Assembly: GCA_021786105.1 (NCBI GenBank)
Contig: JAJYNW010000010.1
Coordinates: 1-64,000, forward strand
Origin: a bacterium
Lineage (GTDB): Bacteria; Patescibacteriota; Microgenomatia; Daviesbacterales; UBA10151
DNA length: 64,000 nt
Reading direction: 5' to 3'
This document shows, piece after piece, positions 19,169 to 28,246 of the stretch. The notes beneath the pieces were generated by a model. That model was not told where the DNA came from. It was given only the letters and a program-made list of their open reading frames with translations, and searched no databases. Positions within the stretch are counted from its first letter, which is position 1; the number at the start of each line of letters is the position of its first letter. The translations under genes and the position numbers were made by a program.

Positions 19169-19897
19169 ATGCAGATTGCTTTAATTGGTTATGGAAAAAT
19201 GGGACATGAGTTGGAAAACCTGATCAATGAGTCGGGCGTCCATCAAGTGGTTTCTGTAAGCTATCGAAATCCTGACGAAGATTTGGATAAAGAAGGCATT
19301 AAAAAAGCTGATGTGGTAATTGATTTTACTTCCCCAGAGGTTGTGGTAAATACGACAAAAGAGGTGGTTGGTATGGGTAAAAACATGGTAATTGGGACTA
19401 CTGGTTGGTATGACCAAATGGATGAGGTTAAGGATTTGGTTGAGAAAGCCGGAGTGGGATTAGTCTATGCTCAAAACTTTTCCATTGGGGCAAACATTTT
19501 CTTTAAAGTGGTGGGTTTTGCAAGTCAGCTGGCCAGCAAGTTTGGCAGTTATGATGTAGCCGGATTTGAAATTCACCACACCGGTAAAAAAGACAGCCCT
19601 TCCGGTACTGCCAAAAAAATTGCCCAAGTGATTATGGAAAATTTTCCGGGGAAGAAAAAACTGGAAACCGGCAGATTAGACCGACAAATTGAAAAAGATG
19701 AATTGCATTTTGCCTCACTTCGGGCCGGCCGTAATTTTGGCTATCATGAGGTGATTTTTGACAGTGCCGCTGATGAGATAAAATTGTCTCATACCGCTCA
19801 CAGCCGGCGTGGATTTGCCGAAGGAGCTTTGGTAGCAGCCGAATTTATCAAAGATAAAAAGGGCTTTTATACTTTTGATGAGGTGTTTAAAATATGA
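19169..19897 (+). CDS. dapB: 4-hydroxy-tetrahydrodipicolinate reductase
   Basis: GYGKMG, IDFT, IGTTG, EIHHTGKKDSPSGTA. Confidence 0.95.
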   Translation: MQIALIGYGKMGHELENLINESGVHQVVSVSYRNPDEDLDKEGIKKADVVIDFTSPEVVVNTTKEVVGMGKNMVIGTTGWYDQMDEVKDLVEKAGVGLVYAQNFSIGANIFFKVVGFASQLASKFGSYDVAGFEIHHTGKKDSPSGTAKKIAQVIMENFPGKKKLETGRLDRQIEKDELHFASLRAGRNFGYHEVIFDSAADEIKLSHTAHSRRGFAEGALVAAEFIKDKKGFYTFDEVFKI

Positions 19898-20781
19898 TTA
19901 AAAAATTTACCGGCACCATTACAGCAATAGTTACACCGTTTTTAGAAGACGGTTCAATTGATGTGGAAGCTTTAAAAAAGCTGGTGGAGTTCCAGGTTAA
20001 AAACGGGGTTTCCGGTATTGTTCCTTGCGGTTCCACCGGTGAGGCCGCCACTATGGACGAAGAAGAAAAAAAGCTGGTGATTAAAACTGTGGTTGACCAG
20101 GTTAAAAAAAGAGTGCCGGTTATTGCCGGAGCCGGCAGTAATGATACTCAAAAAGCCATTAAATCTTCACAGATTGCTAAAGAGGTGGGGGCAGATGCTT
20201 TACTGCATGTAACTCCTTTCTATAACAAGCCGACCCCTAAGGGCTTGATGGCTCACTTTAAAGCAATTGCTTCCGCTGTTGATTCGCCGATAATTTTATA
20301 TAACGTGCCGGGCAGAACTGGCCAAAATGTAACCGCAGAAACTGTTTTAAGAATAGCTAAAGAAGTGCCGCAAGTTGTTGGCGTGAAAGAAGCATCAGGT
20401 AATATAAACCAGATGATGGAGATCATTAAAGGTGCGCCAAAGAATTTTTCTGTGCTGTCCGGTGATGATGCCTTAACTTATCCCTTGATGACCCTGGGCG
20501 GCGACGGCATTATTTCTGTCGTTTCCAATGAAATCCCCAAAGAAATGTCGGCTTTGACAAAAGCTGTCTTGGAAGGTGATTTTGAAAGAGCCAGGAAACT
20601 GCATTATGAATGGCTGGATTTAATGAATATAAATTTTGTTGAAACAAATCCTCAGCCGGTCAAAACCGCCCTGGCTTTAATGGGGAAAATTAGGGAAGTT
20701 TTCCGGTTGCCCTTAGTCTCAATGGAAGAAAAAAATAAAGCCAAATTAACTGAAGTCCTCAAAAACCACCAATTGATATGA
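19894..20781 (+). CDS. dapA: 4-hydroxy-tetrahydrodipicolinate synthase
   Basis: GSTGEA, PFYNKP, LYNVPGRTG, GVKEAS, SGDD. Confidence 0.96.
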   Translation: MIKKFTGTITAIVTPFLEDGSIDVEALKKLVEFQVKNGVSGIVPCGSTGEAATMDEEEKKLVIKTVVDQVKKRVPVIAGAGSNDTQKAIKSSQIAKEVGADALLHVTPFYNKPTPKGLMAHFKAIASAVDSPIILYNVPGRTGQNVTAETVLRIAKEVPQVVGVKEASGNINQMMEIIKGAPKNFSVLSGDDALTYPLMTLGGDGIISVVSNEIPKEMSALTKAVLEGDFERARKLHYEWLDLMNINFVETNPQPVKTALALMGKIREVFRLPLVSMEEKNKAKLTEVLKNHQLI

Positions 20782-20798
20782 AACAATATTGCGCAATT

Positions 20799-20878
20799 GT
20801 CATCCTGAGCAATGAGCGAAGGATCTTCCATGGTGACGGAAGATTCCTCACCCCGATTATATCGGGGTTCGGAATGAC
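20799..20878. repeat. REP/RPE-like palindromic element (family A), dapA-asd intergenic
   Basis: GTCATCCTGAGC...CGAAGGATCT...AGATTCC...TTCGGAATGAC. Confidence 0.8.
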
Positions 20879-20890
20879 AGGAGGAAGGGT

Positions 20891-21964
20891 ATGAAAAGGA
20901 TCTCGGTTGCAATTTTAGGCGCTACCGGCATGGTGGGCCAGCGTTTTATTACCCTTTTGGCTAGTCACCCTTGGTTTGAGGTAGTTTGTGTGGCAGCTTC
21001 CCCCAGGTCTGCCGGCAAAAAATACCAAGAAGCAGTGGAAGGTAGATGGGTAATGAAAGAGCCAATTCCGCAAAGCGTTGTTAATTTGGTTGTAAAGAGG
21101 GTGGAAGCTGATTTGGATGAAATTGCTAAAGAGGTCCCTTTAGTTTTTTCTTGCCTGGACATGGACAAGGAAAAAATTAAAGAGCTGGAAAACGCCTTTG
21201 CCGGTAAAGGCGTGGCAGTGGTTTCCAATAATTCCGCTCACCGCTGGAGTGAAGATGTGCCAATGATTATGCCGGAAATCAACCCCGATCATCTGGAATT
21301 GATTAAAACCCAACAAAAAAACCGGGGCTGGGATAAAGGTTTTATTGTGGTTAAACCAAATTGTTCAGTCCAATCTTATGTACCGCTTTTGACTCCGCTT
21401 TTAAAATTTGAGCCAAAAAAGGTAGCGGTGACAACTTTACAAGCAGTTTCCGGGGCAGGAAAAACTTTGGAGAATTGGTCGGAAATGCAGGAAAATGTGA
21501 TTCCCTTTATTGGCGGGGAAGAGGAAAAAAGCGAAAAAGAACCGATGAAAATCTGGGGTAAAATTGCAGATGGAACCGTTGTTCTAGCAGAAGGGCCGGA
21601 AATTTCTGCTACCTGTATCAGAGTGCCGGTGGAAGACGGGCATATGGCTTCGGTTACCGTGTCCTTTGCCAAAAAACCTACCCGAGAAGAAATTATCACG
21701 GCTTGGAAAAGTTTTGATCCATTGGCAGCCTTTGATCTTCCATCAGCTCCGCATCCATTTATTACAGTAATGGAGGAAGAAAATAGACCGCAAACCAAAT
21801 TGGATAGAGATTTAGGCAGTGGTATGGGAATTAGTGTGGGGAGACTCCGGGAAGATAAATTAATGGATTGGAAATTTATTGGGCTTTCACACAACACTAT
21901 CCGCGGTGCTGCCGGAGGAGCAATATTAATAGCAGAACTATTAAAAGCTAAAGGTTATATATAA
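20891..21964 (+). CDS. asd: Aspartate-semialdehyde dehydrogenase (archaeal/fungal-like branch)
   Basis: LGATGMVGQ, PEINP, KPNC, QAVSGAG, RVPVEDGH, HNTIRGAAG. Confidence 0.95.
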   Translation: MKRISVAILGATGMVGQRFITLLASHPWFEVVCVAASPRSAGKKYQEAVEGRWVMKEPIPQSVVNLVVKRVEADLDEIAKEVPLVFSCLDMDKEKIKELENAFAGKGVAVVSNNSAHRWSEDVPMIMPEINPDHLELIKTQQKNRGWDKGFIVVKPNCSVQSYVPLLTPLLKFEPKKVAVTTLQAVSGAGKTLENWSEMQENVIPFIGGEEEKSEKEPMKIWGKIADGTVVLAEGPEISATCIRVPVEDGHMASVTVSFAKKPTREEIITAWKSFDPLAAFDLPSAPHPFITVMEEENRPQTKLDRDLGSGMGISVGRLREDKLMDWKFIGLSHNTIRGAAGGAILIAELLKAKGYI

Positions 21965-21973
21965 TTTTAGAAC

Positions 21974-22049
21974 GTCATTGCGAGCGAAGCAATCTAGATA
22001 TGGGATTTATCCAACCCAGATTGCTTCGTCGCAGACTCCTCGCAACGAC
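21974..22049. repeat. Family A palindromic element, asd-dapL intergenic
   Basis: GTCATTGCGAGCGAAGCAATCT...AGATTGCTTCG...CTCGCAACGAC. Confidence 0.85.
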
Positions 22050-22062
22050 AAAAGGAAAAACT

Positions 22063-23256
22063 ATGGCTACAATCAATACAAATTACAACAAAGTGGCATC
22101 TGCTTATGTATTTTCGGAAATCGGGAAAAGGGTTAAAGCTTTTATAGAAAAAAATCCCGGGGTAGAAATTATGAGATTGGGCATAGGCAATACCACTGAA
22201 GCTTTGACGCCGACTGTTGTGGAAGGGTTGATGGAAGGAGTTAAAAAATTGGCGGATACCAAAACTTACACAGGCTATGGGGATGAACAAGGTGATAGCC
22301 GGTTGCGGAAAGAGCTGGCGGCATTTTATGAAAATCGCGGTATTTCCTTTGAACCAGAGGAAATTTTTATCAGCGATGGGGCAAAGCCGGATTCTGCAAA
22401 TATCTCCTCAATTTTTGGGTCGGATAATATTGTGGCGGTGACCGACCCTGTGTATCCGGTCTATTCGGATAGTAATGTGATTGCCGGGAAAAAAGTGGTT
22501 TACATGGAATGTAAGGAAGAAAATGGTTTTGCTCCAACTTTACCCAAAGAAAAAGCGGATTTAATTTTTATTTGCAGCCCAAATAATCCTATCGGAACAG
22601 TTTTGACAAAAAAACAATTAAAAGCTTTTGTGGATTATGCCAAAAAAGAAAAAGCCGTGATAATTTTTGATGCAGCTTATGCTGAATACATCTCCGATAA
22701 AAATTTGCCCAGAAGCATTTATGAAATCCCGGGAGCTAAAAGCTGCGCCGTAGAAATAAACAGCTTTTCTAAATTGGCCGGATTTACCGGGGTGCGTTTA
22801 GGCTGGACTGTAGTGCCGATGGATTTGGTGGTGGAAGGTGAAGAAAAAGGTAAGGTGAACAGTCTTTGGAACAGGCGGCAAACCACCATGTTTAACGGCG
22901 CTTCTAATATTGTTCAGGAAGGCGGTTTGGCAGTTCTATCAAAAAAGGGACAAAAAGAGTGTAAAAAAATGGTTGGCTACTATATGAATAATGCCAAAAT
23001 AATAAAGAGAGGTATTTCTAAAATGGGTTTGAAAGCGTTTGGCGGAGAAAATGCGCCGTATATTTGGTTAAAAGTGCCCGGTAATATGAGTTCATGGGAA
23101 TTTTTTGATAAATTATTAAAAGAGGCTCAGGTGGTAGGAACACCGGGGACTGCCTTTGGGCAGGGAGGAGAAGGATATTTTAGGCTGAGTGCTTTTGGAC
23201 ACAAAGAGAATATTGAAGAAGCTGTTAAAAGCATACAAAAGAATTTGAAGTTATGA
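22063..23256 (+). CDS. dapL: LL-diaminopimelate aminotransferase (start MATINT at 22063)
   Basis: LGIGN, GYGDEQG, ISDGAK, DPVYPVY, CSPNNP, SFSKLAGFTGVRLG; lysine operon context. Confidence 0.93.
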   Translation: MATINTNYNKVASAYVFSEIGKRVKAFIEKNPGVEIMRLGIGNTTEALTPTVVEGLMEGVKKLADTKTYTGYGDEQGDSRLRKELAAFYENRGISFEPEEIFISDGAKPDSANISSIFGSDNIVAVTDPVYPVYSDSNVIAGKKVVYMECKEENGFAPTLPKEKADLIFICSPNNPIGTVLTKKQLKAFVDYAKKEKAVIIFDAAYAEYISDKNLPRSIYEIPGAKSCAVEINSFSKLAGFTGVRLGWTVVPMDLVVEGEEKGKVNSLWNRRQTTMFNGASNIVQEGGLAVLSKKGQKECKKMVGYYMNNAKIIKRGISKMGLKAFGGENAPYIWLKVPGNMSSWEFFDKLLKEAQVVGTPGTAFGQGGEGYFRLSAFGHKENIEEAVKSIQKNLKL

Positions 23257-24509
23257 CGGATAAAAAATTACCATTTACTAAATCTTTTATCGAAAAAGTT
23301 ATTAAAAAATACCCCACTCCTTTTCATATTTATGATGAAAAAGGACTCCGGGAAAATGCCAGGAAATTTTATGAAGCTTTTAATTGGGTCCCCGGATTTA
23401 AAAATTATTTTGCAGTTAAAGCTAATCCCAATCCTTATATTTTAAAAATTGCAAAAGAAGAAGAAATGGGGGTTGATTGCAGCTCTTTGCCGGAACTGAT
23501 TTTGGCAGAAAAGGTTGGTTTTGAAGGGGAAGACATTATGTTTACTTCCAATGACACTCCGGCCAAAGAATTCCAAAAAGCCAAGGAACTAGGGGCAATT
23601 ATAAATTTGGATGATATTTCTCATATTGAAATGTTGGAACAATCTGCCGGGATTCCGGAAATTATTTGTTTTAGGTATAACCCCGGACCGCTTCGTAAAA
23701 CCGGCGTCAATGCCATTATTGGTAAACCGGAAGAAGCAAAATATGGTTTGACCAAAAAGCAGTTGTTTGAGGCCTATCAAATTATGAAAAGTAAAGGTGT
23801 TAAAAGATTTGGTCTTCATACCATGGTGGTTTCCAATGAGTTAGATGTGGACGCTTTAGCTGAAACTGCCAACATGCTTTTTGATATTGCTGTGGAGGTT
23901 TATCAAAAGCTTGGGATAAAACTGGAGTTTGTAAATTTAGGCGGAGGTGTCGGGATTCCATATAAACCGGACCAAAAAGCGGTGGATCTGGAAAAATTGT
24001 CTAAAAAGATTAAAGCTTTTTATCAGGAGAAAATTGTTAAAAACGGTTTAGATTCTTTGCGGGTGGTAACGGAATGCGGCCGGATGGTTACCGGTCCTTA
24101 TGGTTATTTAGTAACGACAGTAATTCACGAAAAGCATACTTACAAAGATTATATTGGTTTGGATGCTTGTATGGCCAATTTGATGCGGCCGGCTTTGTAT
24201 GGAGCTTATCATTATGAAACAATTTTGGGTAAAGAAAATGCCAAAAACGATCATATTTATGATGTTACCGGCTCGCTTTGTGAAAATAATGATAAGTTTG
24301 CCATTGACCGGAAATTACCAAAAGTGGAAATTGGGGATATTTTGGTGATTCATGATACCGGGGCACATGGGTATGCGATGGGGTTTAATTACAATGGAAA
24401 GTTGCGGTCAGCTGAATTATTGTTAAAAGAAAACGGAAAAGTGGAAATGATCAGACGCGCAGAAACAATAGAAGACTACTTTGCTACCTTGGATTTTTCT
24501 AAAATTTAA
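23253..24509 (+). CDS. lysA: Diaminopimelate decarboxylase
   Basis: FAVKANP, NLGGG, ECGR, GSLCE, GAHGYAMGFNYN. Confidence 0.93.
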   Translation: MTDKKLPFTKSFIEKVIKKYPTPFHIYDEKGLRENARKFYEAFNWVPGFKNYFAVKANPNPYILKIAKEEEMGVDCSSLPELILAEKVGFEGEDIMFTSNDTPAKEFQKAKELGAIINLDDISHIEMLEQSAGIPEIICFRYNPGPLRKTGVNAIIGKPEEAKYGLTKKQLFEAYQIMKSKGVKRFGLHTMVVSNELDVDALAETANMLFDIAVEVYQKLGIKLEFVNLGGGVGIPYKPDQKAVDLEKLSKKIKAFYQEKIVKNGLDSLRVVTECGRMVTGPYGYLVTTVIHEKHTYKDYIGLDACMANLMRPALYGAYHYETILGKENAKNDHIYDVTGSLCENNDKFAIDRKLPKVEIGDILVIHDTGAHGYAMGFNYNGKLRSAELLLKENGKVEMIRRAETIEDYFATLDFSKI

Positions 24510-24554
24510 TCTTCCTACTTGAAAAAAGTATTTAATTTCATTAGGATTTTACCC

Positions 24555-25250
24555 ATGCCAAGAAGAGAGAATAATAAGATTCTGAAACAAGTTCAGGATG
24601 ACACAAAACAAATTTTAGGGACACTTCCTGATTGGGTAATTAAAGAGCATATCAAAAAAGGCATTATAAAAATTGATCCGCTGCCGGAAAATTGGGAAGA
24701 ATTTGTTGATGAAGTCACCGTTGATTTTCATTTAGGCAATAAACTTCGTGTCTTTACTGATGAAGGCTTAAACACCATTGATACCAGGTATGCTTCCAAA
24801 GAGGATATGGAATCAATGATGAGGCTGGTGGAATTAAAACCGGGCCAGCCGTTTATTTTGACCGAACATGATTTTGTTATTGCTACTACTAAAGAAAGAT
24901 TAACTCTTCCTGATAATATTGTGGGGCATTTGCATGGAAAGAGTTCTCTGGCAAGACTTGGAGTTGTTGTCCATTCCACTGCTGCCAGATTTGACCCCGG
25001 TTGGGACGGGCATCCGGTTTTGGAATTTGGGACTTTTCTTAAGGGTAAAAAATTAGTAATTTATGAAGGATCGTCAATTTGTGCATTTTCTTTTGAAAAA
25101 CTGGGAGCGGCAGTGGAAAGATCGTACAAGAATAGTCCAAATAACAGGTATGGGGGAAGTGACTTGCCGGAAGTGTCAAATATTACTGGTAAGAAATCAA
25201 ATATCAAAGATCAAAAATCAAAGACTAGATTAAAGTTAAAAACTATTTAA
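24555..25250 (+). CDS. dcd: dCTP deaminase (likely start MPRR at 24555)
   Basis: GKSSLARLG, FDPGWDG, VLEF. Confidence 0.85.
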   Translation: MPRRENNKILKQVQDDTKQILGTLPDWVIKEHIKKGIIKIDPLPENWEEFVDEVTVDFHLGNKLRVFTDEGLNTIDTRYASKEDMESMMRLVELKPGQPFILTEHDFVIATTKERLTLPDNIVGHLHGKSSLARLGVVVHSTAARFDPGWDGHPVLEFGTFLKGKKLVIYEGSSICAFSFEKLGAAVERSYKNSPNNRYGGSDLPEVSNITGKKSNIKDQKSKTRLKLKTI

Positions 25251-25307
25251 ATATTTTAGTTTTTATTTAGGTTTTGCTATTTGATCTTTACATTTTGATT
25301 TTACATT

Positions 25308-25877
25308 ATGTCAGTTCTTGGTTTAGATGAAATCCATAAAAGAATAAAAAAGCATTCCTTAATTAAGAACTTGGGCCAGAGGGATTTGAAAAATCCGGAA
25401 GGGGTAGGAATTGATCTCCGGCTAGGTGTAGTCCACAAAATAGTTAAAGGCGGGGCTTTTATACAAGGCGACAGGCAACAGGAATTAGGTAACAGGAAAG
25501 GAGTTGAGACAAAAGAGGTCGCAAAATTTAAGGAGGATGAAGATGATCAAGTATGGATTACTGTAAAACCTGGAGAGTATTATCTGGTGCAGACAGTAGA
25601 ATCCATTAATACACCTGCAGATCTTATGCCAATAGTACATGTTAGAACCTCACTGTTTCGGGCTGGACTCTTGCTTTTAAATTCCAAGACAGATCCGGGT
25701 TATTGTGGGCAACTGACCATGGGGCTTACCAACTTAAGCCCATTTCCGGTCAAGTTGCAGTTAGGAGCCAGAATTTGTAATATAATTTTTCATAAAATCA
25801 AAGGCAAAACCGTGGCCTACCGTGGCCAGCATCAGGGTGGCAGGGTAAGCCCGAAAAAAGCAGAAAGGCAAGTGTAA
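25308..25877 (+). CDS. Second dCTP deaminase/dUTPase-superfamily protein
   Basis: GIDLRL, RTSLFRAG, DPGYCGQL, YRGQHQG. Confidence 0.8.
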   Translation: MSVLGLDEIHKRIKKHSLIKNLGQRDLKNPEGVGIDLRLGVVHKIVKGGAFIQGDRQQELGNRKGVETKEVAKFKEDEDDQVWITVKPGEYYLVQTVESINTPADLMPIVHVRTSLFRAGLLLLNSKTDPGYCGQLTMGLTNLSPFPVKLQLGARICNIIFHKIKGKTVAYRGQHQGGRVSPKKAERQV

Positions 25878-25878
25878 T

Positions 25879-26841
25879 ATGCCGAGACCAAGACATGAAG
25901 AATATCAGTATCTGGATTTGTTAAAAGATATCATGAAAAATGGTTCGGATAAGCCTGTCTTTAACAATCCCGGAGTTTCCATCAAATCCGTTTTTGGCAG
26001 ACAAATGAGATTCGACCTCTCAAAAGGCTTTCCACTCCTAACCACAAAAAAGGTTTTTTTAAGGGGGATTATCGAAGAATTGCTGTGGTTCTTGCAAGGT
26101 GACTCTAATATTAAATATCTGGTGGATCGAGACGTGCATATTTGGGATGAATGGGCATACAGAAAATACAAAATTCAAAATGCAAAAGTCAAAAGTCAAA
26201 AGTTACTAACACAGGAAGAATTTATTGCCAAGATAAAAGAGTTACCAAAGGATCATCCGTTTGTCAAAAAGTGGGGGGATTTGGGAAATGTTTACGGCGT
26301 ACAGTGGAGGAAATGGAAAACTTCAGATGGCAGAATTATTGATCAATTAGGCTGGGTGATTAAAGAACTCAAAACCACTCCTTTCAGGAAATCAATTCTG
26401 GTATCAGCTTGGAATCCGGAGTTCATTTACGAGATGGCCTTGCCGGGAAAATCCATGGCTTTGCCGCCTTGTCATACCTTGTACCAATTTAATACCACCG
26501 ACGACCGATTATCTTTGCAGCTATACCAGCGCAGCGCTGACTCTTTTTTGGGAGTGCCGTTTAACATTGCGTCATACGCTTTGTTTACGATGATGATGGC
26601 TCAAGTGGTGGGGTTAAAACCCGGGGAATTTGTTCATACATTTGGTGATGTACACATTTACAGTAACCACATAGCTCAAGTCAAAGAGCAGCTAAAAAGA
26701 AAACCCCGGCCTTTTCCGGTCATGAAAATAAATCCCAAAATCAAAAATATTGATGATTTCAAAATTGAAGATTTTACTGTAGAAGGTTATGATCCCTACC
26801 CGCCAATTAAAGGTGAAGTCACGGTAGTAGGAGGATTTTGA
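25879..26841 (+). CDS. thyA: Thymidylate synthase
   Basis: FPLLTTKK, ELLWF, YGVQWR, ALPPCH, YQRSAD, PFNIASY. Confidence 0.97.
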   Translation: MPRPRHEEYQYLDLLKDIMKNGSDKPVFNNPGVSIKSVFGRQMRFDLSKGFPLLTTKKVFLRGIIEELLWFLQGDSNIKYLVDRDVHIWDEWAYRKYKIQNAKVKSQKLLTQEEFIAKIKELPKDHPFVKKWGDLGNVYGVQWRKWKTSDGRIIDQLGWVIKELKTTPFRKSILVSAWNPEFIYEMALPGKSMALPPCHTLYQFNTTDDRLSLQLYQRSADSFLGVPFNIASYALFTMMMAQVVGLKPGEFVHTFGDVHIYSNHIAQVKEQLKRKPRPFPVMKINPKIKNIDDFKIEDFTVEGYDPYPPIKGEVTVVGGF

Positions 26842-27326
26842 TGGTTAGCATTATTGTGGCCATTGCCGGCCAAAAAAGAGTAATTGGGACTCAAGGGGGG
26901 ATGCCCTGGTATATCCCCCAAGAGTTAAAAAGGTTTAAGGAGATTACCATGGGTCACCCGATTATCATGGGCAGGAAAACCTTTGAATCGATTGGCAAGG
27001 CTTTACCCGGCAGAACCAATATTGTGATTACTCGGGATCCATCTTTTCAATCAGAAGGCGTAATTGTGGTAAATTCCCTGGAAGAAGCCCTTCAAAAAGC
27101 CAAAGGCCAACCAGGGGATGAGGAAATTTTTATTATTGGCGGAGGAGAAATCTACAAACAGGCTTTGCCGCTGACTGACAAGCTTTACCTGACAATGATT
27201 GATAAGGAAATTAAAGGCGATACCTTTTTCCCGGATTATTCTGATTTTAAAAAAGTGGTTTCAGGGTCAGCGGAGCAGCGGTCGGATGGGTTTAAGTATA
27301 AATTTTTGGAACTGGAAAGAATTTAG
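26838..27326 (+). CDS. folA: Dihydrofolate reductase
   Basis: MPW, IMGRKTFESI, LPGRTN, IIGGG, GDTFFP. Confidence 0.95.
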   Translation: MMVSIIVAIAGQKRVIGTQGGMPWYIPQELKRFKEITMGHPIIMGRKTFESIGKALPGRTNIVITRDPSFQSEGVIVVNSLEEALQKAKGQPGDEEIFIIGGGEIYKQALPLTDKLYLTMIDKEIKGDTFFPDYSDFKKVVSGSAEQRSDGFKYKFLELERI

Positions 27327-27457
27327 CTCCTTTGTGGTTTAGCAGGTAAAACGAAGAAAAGAAAAATTAGGTACCTAAAATTGCTTCATAGGGTGTGTAA
27401 GTAATTGTAAAGTCCTATAGTTGATAGAAAGTGGCTTTTGTAGTAAAATTCCCAACT

Positions 27458-28042
27458 ATGCTTACTATAGAAGAATTAGATGCATATTGTCTTTCATATC
27501 TGCTGCCTGAACCAGAGGTTGTTAGTACGCCTGTTGTTTCCACAGACCTAGGAAAAGTTATTGCAAAGCTTATGAAAGAAGTGGCAGGGAAAAATGGTAT
27601 TTTGTCTTGCAATATTAAATATTTAGCCTTGGCTGCGGGACAAGCGTATAAAGAACTTGCATTTGCAGAAGAGCTGAATATTAACAACCGTGATGTAACT
27701 TTGGTGGATAGAAAATATCAAGATGGTGACGAACGCTGGTTTAGAAGATTTCCAGGCATTAGGGTTGTAACATCTGGCATATTTGCTTTTCTAACACAAC
27801 CGCTTGAGAAAGATTTTACGCTCGTTTCTGTTTTCGGTATAGAATATTCATTAAAAGATTCACGTCGTATGAAAGCGCTAATTTCTTTGTTGCCAAATGT
27901 TTTAAGGCGGTCTGGGTTAGTTTGTATCGATCCATATGACGGTGCAGCTATGCAAGAAATTTGGCAACAGAATAGATTTCAGCCACTATATAATCCAGCA
28001 GCTTTGCCTGATTCTCCAATCGTATATTTATTTAATCCTTAA
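27458..28042 (+). CDS. Hypothetical protein, possibly a degenerate Rossmann/methyltransferase-like fold (start MLTIEE at 27458)
   Basis: Own promoter TTGATA(27421)-N17-TAAAAT(27444); YLALAAGQ...VTLVD pattern. Confidence 0.5.
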   Translation: MLTIEELDAYCLSYLLPEPEVVSTPVVSTDLGKVIAKLMKEVAGKNGILSCNIKYLALAAGQAYKELAFAEELNINNRDVTLVDRKYQDGDERWFRRFPGIRVVTSGIFAFLTQPLEKDFTLVSVFGIEYSLKDSRRMKALISLLPNVLRRSGLVCIDPYDGAAMQEIWQQNRFQPLYNPAALPDSPIVYLFNP

Positions 28043-28095
28043 TGGTTAAACATAGGCTTGTTTTATTGGACCAAGCCTGTTAAAATACAACTTAT

Positions 28096-28234
28096 TACAC
28101 ACTCATAGTTTAAGTCTCTAAAACCACTAACTATGAGGAGGAACAAGAGACATGTATAAGAACCTGTCGGTTCTTGCGATAGTTCCGCGCTTCGCGCGTA
28201 GTAACTATCTAAAATTACCTTTTTCCTTGGTGTA
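28096..28234 (+). promoter_or_regulatory. Structured rpsB 5' leader (putative S2 autoregulatory RNA)
   Basis: TACAC...GTGTA closing stem, CTCATAGTT/AACTATGAG, AAGAAC/GTTCTT and GATAGTT/AACTATC stems. Confidence 0.55.
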
Positions 28235-28246
28235 AAATAGAAACTT

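Noticed and set aside
20652-20912. Short antisense or alternative-frame ORFs (e.g. 20652-20912, 7922-8338, 21376-21897, 36458-36970, 54398-54904, 63341-63688)
   Set aside because: Shadows of well-supported genes or repeats, with no motifs or independent signals.
22000-22062. Extended starts for dapL (also ybeY 35629, M16 46448, pyrF 3005)
   Set aside because: The extensions are read-through of palindromic repeats; downstream ATGs match the family N-termini.
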